Shown: positions 58,135-64,000 of the stretch, piece after piece
Layout of the letters: each line of letters opens with the position of its first letter
Numbering within the stretch: the first letter of the stretch is position 1
Origin: Candidatus Woesearchaeota archaeon
GTDB lineage: Archaea > Nanobdellota > Nanobdellia > Pacearchaeales > GW2011-AR1
Assembly: GCA_964417865.1 (NCBI GenBank)
Contig: CAYQJI010000001.1
Location: forward strand, 14,492-78,491
Reading direction: 5' to 3'
Length of the DNA: 64,000 bases
The notes under the pieces: generated by a model
Seen by the model: the letters and a program-made list of their open reading frames with translations, nothing else
Databases searched by the model: none
Told to the model about the DNA's origin: nothing
Translations under genes and position numbers: made by a program

Positions 58135-58785
58135 TTAAACTCCAGAAAACATATCTTTATCTATTAAATCTAGTCTCTCTTTAATCTCTTTAATCTCTTG
58201 TTCAAAATTTTGAACTTCTTCATCTTCTTGTTCCTTAATCTCTTTTAAATCTAAGGTCATTTTTTCTATTTCTAATATCTGCTTTTTTATGTTTTCAAAA
58301 TTTTGTGCACTCTCTTCGAACTTGTCAATTCTTATGAATAATGGCTCTTTCTTCTCTTCTCTTTCAATCATAAGAGAGCTTGCCTTCATTCTTTCTTTAG
58401 AAGGAATTTCTTTAGTAAATCTTTTTTTATTCTCTGAAGAGATTTCAAATGGGCTAGGCCTTCTTTGATCTTCATCAAGTTCTTCTGCTTCTTGTTCATC
58501 TTCATCCTCTTTTTCCCCAGAAATAGCATCTTTTAGACTATATTGTGAAAATTTTTCTCCAGTTTTTCCTTTTGGGAAACTTGGCAATTCTGAAATTTCC
58601 TCATTTTCCTCTTTATTCTCCTCAAGGTTTTGTTCTGGTCTATCAGGTCTAGGAGGTAATTCAGGTAAACTTGGTATTGCCTCTTTAACCTCTTTTTTAT
58701 CTTCTTCAGGAATCTCTGGAAGTTTTGGTAATTCAGGTAAACTTGGTATTGCCTCTTTAACCTCTTTTTTCTTAAATAATCCCAT
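58135..58785 (-). CDS. Hypothetical protein with Pro/Glu-rich N-terminus and coiled-coil C-terminus
   Basis: Repeated KKEVKEAIPSLPELP; EPLFIRIDKFE. Confidence 0.65.
   Translation of the reverse strand: MGLFKKKEVKEAIPSLPELPKLPEIPEEDKKEVKEAIPSLPELPPRPDRPEQNLEENKEENEEISELPSFPKGKTGEKFSQYSLKDAISGEKEDEDEQEAEELDEDQRRPSPFEISSENKKRFTKEIPSKERMKASSLMIEREEKKEPLFIRIDKFEESAQNFENIKKQILEIEKMTLDLKEIKEQEDEEVQNFEQEIKEIKERLDLIDKDMFSGV
58655..58770. repeat. Identical 44-bp direct repeat, 72-bp period, inside the CDS
   Basis: 58655-58698 equals 58727-58770. Confidence 0.85.
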
Positions 58786-58905
58786 TTTATTATTATTTTT
58801 TAATGTATATATTAAAAGGAATATTAGTTTAAAAATCTTTTTTTTTAGCTTTTTCTTTTTATTATAAACCGAAAGATATTTATTCTAATATTTTTTAATC
58901 TTTTT

Positions 58906-59643
58906 ATGGTCAACGATTTTTTAAAAGAGGCATTCATCTCAATTGCAGGAAAATCTTCTGAAAAATTAGTAGATTTATTAGATGAAAAAAAATACATAAA
59001 CGAATTTTTGATTGCAAAAAAATTAGACATAACAGTAAACCAGACTAGAAATCTTTTATACAAAATTTCAGAATATGGCTTAGTCTCTTCCATAAGAAAA
59101 AAAGATAAAAGAAAAGGATGGTATACTTACTTTTGGAAACTTGAAAAATTAAAATCTTTAGAATTTTTAAAAAATAATCTTCTAAATAAAATAGACCAAT
59201 TAAATCATCAAATAAAAAGTAGAGAAACAAAAGTATTTTATATATGCCCAAATTGCAAAATAGAATTTAATGAAGAAAAAGCTTTGATTAATAATTTTAC
59301 TTGTAATGAATGTGGAAATGTTTTATCATTAAAAGATACGTCTAATGATATTAAAGATTATAATAAAGAACTTACAAAGGTCAAAAATGAACTTTCATTT
59401 ATTGAAGAAAAATTTAAAACTGAGAAAGAAAAAATTGAAAAACAAAAATTAAAAGAATCAATAAAAGAAAAAAATAAAAAAGAACTTTTAAAGAAAAAAT
59501 TGAAAAATGAAAAAAAACAAAATAAAAAAGTTTCTAAAATGATTACAAAAAAAAATAAACTTCTTGCTATAAAAAAGATTAAATCTTCTAACAAAAATAA
59601 GAAAATAACCAAAAAAATTAAAGTGAAAAAATCTAAAAAATAA
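58906..59643 (+). CDS. tfe: Transcription factor E alpha with Lys-rich tail
   Basis: IAKKL.ITVNQTRNLLYK...GWYTYFW wHTH; CPNC...FTCNECG. Confidence 0.88.
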   Translation: MVNDFLKEAFISIAGKSSEKLVDLLDEKKYINEFLIAKKLDITVNQTRNLLYKISEYGLVSSIRKKDKRKGWYTYFWKLEKLKSLEFLKNNLLNKIDQLNHQIKSRETKVFYICPNCKIEFNEEKALINNFTCNECGNVLSLKDTSNDIKDYNKELTKVKNELSFIEEKFKTEKEKIEKQKLKESIKEKNKKELLKKKLKNEKKQNKKVSKMITKKNKLLAIKKIKSSNKNKKITKKIKVKKSKK

Positions 59644-59647
59644 AATT

Positions 59648-60292
59648 ATGTTAAATATTAAAAATTTTTTTAGATTAAATTCCTTATACAAATTAATAAT
59701 TTTAAATATAATATTTTTTATTGTTTCTTTTATTCTGATTCTTATAAAAATTGAAACAAAAGATTATTTAGCTCTTAATCCTTCTAATATTTTTCACAAA
59801 TATTATTTTTGGACTTTAATCACAAGCATGTTTATGCATAGTAATCTTTTTCACCTTCTTCTCAATATGCTTTCTTTATTCTTTGTTGGGAACATTTTAA
59901 TTAAAATTTTAGGTGAAAAAAGATTTGTTTCTCTTTATTTACTTTCAGGTATTTTTTCTGGAGTCTTTTTTATATTGAGCAGTCTTATTTTCCCAAGTGA
60001 ATTTAATGTGTATGCTGTTGGTGCTTCTGGAGCAATTTTTGGCTTAATTGGTGTTTTAATATGTTTAACTCCCGATCTCCCAGTTTATATAATGTTTGTG
60101 CCTGTTCCTATAAAAATGAAATATGCTGCTCCATTAATGCTTATAATTTTATGGGTTATCTCTTTATTGGGGAATATTCCTATAGGGAATGCTGCACATC
60201 TTGGAGGTCTTTTATACGGTTTAGGTTATGGTTTATATTTAACAAAAAAATTCAAGAAAAAATCCTTATTCATAAAAAATTATTTTAGATAA
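59648..60292 (+). CDS. Rhomboid intramembrane serine protease
   Basis: TSMFMH...HLLLNM, GASGA, AHLGG. Confidence 0.92.
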   Translation: MLNIKNFFRLNSLYKLIILNIIFFIVSFILILIKIETKDYLALNPSNIFHKYYFWTLITSMFMHSNLFHLLLNMLSLFFVGNILIKILGEKRFVSLYLLSGIFSGVFFILSSLIFPSEFNVYAVGASGAIFGLIGVLICLTPDLPVYIMFVPVPIKMKYAAPLMLIILWVISLLGNIPIGNAAHLGGLLYGLGYGLYLTKKFKKKSLFIKNYFR

Positions 60293-60368
60293 ATTTCCTT
60301 GTGTAATAAAAGTAAAATAAACAAAACTGCAAAAATAAAATATATTTAAAAATTTTAACAAGCAAAAA

Positions 60369-61028
60369 ATGAAAAAATTAAGAGAAGAACAAAAAACAAT
60401 TCAAGAAAAAATGAAAAAAAATAATTTTAAATCTTTTAATAAACTCAGTCTATCCAAATCTTATTTTATTAGAGAATTAAATAATTCTATTAAATTTATT
60501 AGAGAATCAAAAAAATTTATTTATGTTATCTCTTTGATATTTTTTGCATCTTTTTTGATAGGTCTTTTAATAAGATTTCCCTTAAGTATACAAGAACAAT
60601 TAATAAACCTCATAAAAAAAATAGTTGAACAGACCAAAGGGGTTTCAACTATAGAATTAATTTTTTTTATTATTTTTAATAATCTTAAAAGTACATTTTT
60701 GGGAATTTTATTTGGAGTTCTCTTTGGAATTCTTCCTATTCTTATTGCAGTTTTAAATGGGATACTCTTAGGATTTGTTTCCTATTTATCTATCAACAAA
60801 GAAGGCTTATTCAGCTTATGGAAAATTTTTCCTCATGGTATTTTTGAAATACCTGCAATTTTTATCTCTTTAGGTTTGGGTTTAAGATTAGGTATATCCC
60901 TCTTAAAAAAAGATAAAGATATCAAAAAGATTTTTATTAATTCTTTTAAGACCTATTTTTTTATTATTCTTTTTTTAATTATTATTGCTGGAATAATTGA
61001 AGGAATACTAATCTCTGTTCTTAAATAA
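60369..61028 (+). CDS. SpoIIM/DUF95 family membrane protein
   Basis: IFNN, NG..LG, PHGIFEIPA, AGIIE. Confidence 0.82.
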   Translation: MKKLREEQKTIQEKMKKNNFKSFNKLSLSKSYFIRELNNSIKFIRESKKFIYVISLIFFASFLIGLLIRFPLSIQEQLINLIKKIVEQTKGVSTIELIFFIIFNNLKSTFLGILFGVLFGILPILIAVLNGILLGFVSYLSINKEGLFSLWKIFPHGIFEIPAIFISLGLGLRLGISLLKKDKDIKKIFINSFKTYFFIILFLIIIAGIIEGILISVLK

Positions 61029-61172
61029 ATTAATTCTTAATTATTAATCATCAAAAACTTTAAAAATGAAAACAATTAACTAAAGATGTGAAAAACGACT
61101 ATACTATTTTAACATTAGCGATTCCTATTCAATAAAGATAGTCTTAACTTTATTTCACATAATTCTTTTAAA

Positions 61173-62108
61173 ATGAAAAAAGTCAAAGATTTTTTATGGC
61201 ATAAAAATTTGAGTGTTGAAGAACTCGTGGATAGTTTTAACTCTTTAGGATTTCAAGCAGTTGAGCTTGCAGAAGCAGCAAAAATTATTCTCAGCATGAA
61301 AAAAAATAATGCTAAAATATTCTTAACTTTTACATCAAATATGGTTAGTTCAGGACTAAGAGGTTTTTTTGCACAATTATGTAAGCTAAAAATTCCTAAC
61401 ATTTTAGTCACAACTTCTGGTTCAATAGAAGAAGATATAATAAAATCTTTTGGCGGAGAATTTGAAATTTCTAACTTTAATGTGGATGATAATATTCTAT
61501 ATGAAAGAGGAGAAAATAGGATTGGTAATCTGATTATTCATACAACAGAGTATATGAAATTTGAAGATGAGATTGTTAAAATATTATCCCAAATTTATGA
61601 AAAAAAACAAAGATTATCTTCTTCTGAATTAATTTATAAAATTGGTTTAATTTTAAAAGATGAAAACTCTATATTGTATCAAGCAGCAAAAAATAAGATT
61701 CCTATTTATTGTCCTGGAATAGTTGATTCTTCTTTCGGATTCCAATTGTATATGTTTCAACAAAAACATAAAGATTTCATTATCGATACAATAAAAGATA
61801 TGGAAAGAATCACTACGGACTTAAGTTTTGATGAAAAAAAAGGACTTATCTCTTTAGGAGGGAGTATCTCGAAACATTATGCAATTTTTGCAGCTTTATT
61901 ATCTGGTGGTTTTGATTATGCTGTTTATATGACAACTTCTCATGCTTCTTCTGGTTCTATGTCAGGAGCAACTACTCAAGAAGCAAAATCTTGGGGAAAA
62001 ATTAAAGATGATGCTCAAGCTTCTACAGTTATAGGAGATGTTTCTATAACTTTCCCTTTGGTTATGACAAGTGTTTTAGAAAAGATGGAAAAAGAAAACC
62101 TTTTATAA
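61173..62108 (+). CDS. dys: Deoxyhypusine synthase family protein
   Basis: GFQA, TSNMVSSGLR, EED, NRIGN, GGSISKH, GSMSGA..QEAKSWGK. Confidence 0.92.
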   Translation: MKKVKDFLWHKNLSVEELVDSFNSLGFQAVELAEAAKIILSMKKNNAKIFLTFTSNMVSSGLRGFFAQLCKLKIPNILVTTSGSIEEDIIKSFGGEFEISNFNVDDNILYERGENRIGNLIIHTTEYMKFEDEIVKILSQIYEKKQRLSSSELIYKIGLILKDENSILYQAAKNKIPIYCPGIVDSSFGFQLYMFQQKHKDFIIDTIKDMERITTDLSFDEKKGLISLGGSISKHYAIFAALLSGGFDYAVYMTTSHASSGSMSGATTQEAKSWGKIKDDAQASTVIGDVSITFPLVMTSVLEKMEKENLL

Positions 62109-62119
62109 TATTAATTAAA

Positions 62120-63175
62120 ATGGAACAAGCAAAATTTATTTTATCAAAAAAAATTTTAAGAGAACAAATAAAAATTTTAGAAGATTTAAAATTTAAAATT
62201 TCTTATTCCTATAAAACAAATAAAACTGTAGGGAAAGTTATACAAAGCCTTAAAGAATTTGATAATATTGATTTTTCTATTCATGCAGAACGAGAAATTA
62301 AAGATATTAATGATAAAAATAGAATTTGGTTTTTTCTTCAGGCCCAATCAAAAAAGAAAATAGAACACTTTCTCAAAAAAGGAATAAAAAAATATGTTGT
62401 TGATAATGAAATAGATTTGTATAATCTATTAGAAGCTGTAAAGAATAAAAAATATAAAATTGAACTTTTATTAAGAATGAAATTTGAAGAACATAGAATT
62501 GGAACAGGGAAATATTTTGTATATGGGTTTTCTAGTAATAAAATTTTAGAAATTATTAAAAAAATAATCAAGAATGAGTATATAAAAAAATTAGGAATCC
62601 ATATCCATAGGAAATCTCAAAATCTTACAGAATGGGAAATTTTAGAAGAAATAAAAGATTCATTACCCGAAGAAATTTTAAAAGAGATAAAAATGATTAA
62701 TCTTGGAGGGGGTTTACCTTCCAAATATATAAGTATGAATAAAAATGTATTTGGGTATATTTTTTCAAAGCTTAAAGAAATAAAAGAATGGCTTGATAAA
62801 AAAGGAATAGATACAATTATTGAACCAGGTAGATTCATAGCTGCTCCTTGTATAAAACTTGAGACAAGCATAATTCAGATACAAGATAATAATATAATTA
62901 TAAACACTAGTTTGTATAACTGTGCTTTGGATAACTTATTGACAGGAACAAAAATGCTTGTTGAACAGGAATTAAAAGAAGAGGAAGATGGAAAAATTTT
63001 TTTAATTAAAGGAAATTCTCCGACTAGAGATGATATTTTTAGATATAGAGTTAAACTGAAAAAAAATATAAAAGTTGGGGATAAAATTACTTTTTTAAAT
63101 GCAGGGGCTTATAATTATACCACTGATTTTTTTGGATATAAAAAATTAAAAACTGAAATAAAAGAGGATTTTTAA
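62120..63175 (+). CDS. PLP-dependent Orn/DAP/Arg decarboxylase family (fold III), divergent
   Basis: YSYKTN (PLP Lys), INLGGGLP, EPGRF, NAGAY. Confidence 0.82.
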   Translation: MEQAKFILSKKILREQIKILEDLKFKISYSYKTNKTVGKVIQSLKEFDNIDFSIHAEREIKDINDKNRIWFFLQAQSKKKIEHFLKKGIKKYVVDNEIDLYNLLEAVKNKKYKIELLLRMKFEEHRIGTGKYFVYGFSSNKILEIIKKIIKNEYIKKLGIHIHRKSQNLTEWEILEEIKDSLPEEILKEIKMINLGGGLPSKYISMNKNVFGYIFSKLKEIKEWLDKKGIDTIIEPGRFIAAPCIKLETSIIQIQDNNIIINTSLYNCALDNLLTGTKMLVEQELKEEEDGKIFLIKGNSPTRDDIFRYRVKLKKNIKVGDKITFLNAGAYNYTTDFFGYKKLKTEIKEDF

Positions 63176-63197
63176 ATTATGACAATCTCCTTTCTAC

Positions 63198-64000
63198 ATG
63201 TTATCTAAAGAAGAATTAAAGAAAATTAAAGAACATTTATTAAAAGCACAAAATCCTATATTTTTCTTTGATAATGATCCTGACGGTTTATGCTCTTTTT
63301 TAATTTTGCAAAGATACATAAATAAGGGAGTAGGAATACCTATAAGATCTTTTCCTGAGATGAATGTAGATTATTTTAGAAGAATACAAGAATTTAAATC
63401 TGACTGTATTTTTATCTTGGATAAACCCCTAGTTTCTAAATCTTTTTTTGAAGAAGTAAAAAAAATAAATCTTCCTGTTGTTTGGATTGATCATCATAAA
63501 ATGGATAATCTTTTTGTTCCAGAAGGCATAGATTATTTTAACCCCTGTTTAAATAAAGAAAAAACTAATGAACCAACAACTTACCTTTGTTATAAAGCAA
63601 CTGAAAAAAAAGAAGATTTATGGATTGCTCTAATTGGTTGTATTTCTGACAGATTTACTCCTGATTTTTATGAAGAATTCATAAGACAATATCCAGATTT
63701 ATCATTTAATTCAAAAGATGCCTTTAAAATTTTTTATAATTCTCCTATAGGAACCATATCAAACCTTATATCTTATGGTTTAAAAGATAGCACAACTAAT
63801 GTAAACAAAATGTTAAAATTCTTAATTTCTGTAAAATCCCCTTATGAAATATTAGAAGAATCCAATAAGAATATTGAAATGCACTTAAAATTCAAACAAA
63901 TCTCAAAGAAAATAAACAAACTCGTTGAAAAAGCTATATCTTTAAATGATCAGAATAAAATTCTTTTTTTTCAATATGGAGGGGATATAAGTATAAGTTC
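63198..64000 (+). CDS. DHH family phosphoesterase (partial, runs off the window)
   Basis: Not in the ORF track. MLSKEELKKIKEHL...FFDNDPDGLCS...ILDKP...WIDHH. Confidence 0.8.
   Translation, partial: MLSKEELKKIKEHLLKAQNPIFFFDNDPDGLCSFLILQRYINKGVGIPIRSFPEMNVDYFRRIQEFKSDCIFILDKPLVSKSFFEEVKKINLPVVWIDHHKMDNLFVPEGIDYFNPCLNKEKTNEPTTYLCYKATEKKEDLWIALIGCISDRFTPDFYEEFIRQYPDLSFNSKDAFKIFYNSPIGTISNLISYGLKDSTTNVNKMLKFLISVKSPYEILEESNKNIEMHLKFKQISKKINKLVEKAISLNDQNKILFFQYGGDISIS

Noticed and set aside
61080..61172. Leader peptide or riboswitch upstream of dys
   Set aside because: Only a 15-codon GTG frame with no telling residues, and no convincing stem.
719..62871. Short antisense or overlapping ORFs in the track (e.g. 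719-952, 2816-3289, 3644-3988, 6807-7109, 18762-19127, 32460-32840, 57056-57430)
   Set aside because: Shadow frames of well-supported genes, with no motifs.
1..64000. CRISPR array, cas genes, rRNA, provirus
   Set aside because: No regularly spaced repeats, rRNA-like GC-rich tract, or capsid, terminase or integrase genes seen.

Overview
AT-rich archaeal chromosome segment. The housekeeping genes (RadA, TFB, TFE, aIF2-alpha, SRP54/FtsY, GINS, archaeal ribosomal proteins, tRNA-splicing endonuclease, short AlaRS, seven tRNAs) and their compact form point to a DPANN archaeon, probably Pacearchaeota/Woesearchaeota-like (inference). The main accessory content is two linked surface-appendage loci. 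The first is a type IV pilus locus (5479-17758): ATPase, TadC-like platform, about 11 pilin-like genes (9 with clear class III leaders) and an A24 prepilin peptidase. One of these pilins carries a lytic-transglycosylase (SLT) domain. The second locus (36951-46280) has a large pilin-like protein, a 2126-aa Cys-rich surface protein and a further pilin; the last two end in NlpC/P60-like Cys-His domains. Together they suggest pilus-displayed, peptidoglycan-attacking enzymes in an archaeon. The window also holds a ~3-kb IS6-like transposon with passenger genes (TIRs plus 8-bp TSD) and a 376-bp non-autonomous relative with an attC-like fold-back structure. Other notable features are a minimal [FeFe]-hydrogenase-like gene, a tRNA-Leu with an AAG anticodon, and an intron-containing tRNA(CAU) with a U19-A56 pair. 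All calls come from motif reading; no database searches were run.
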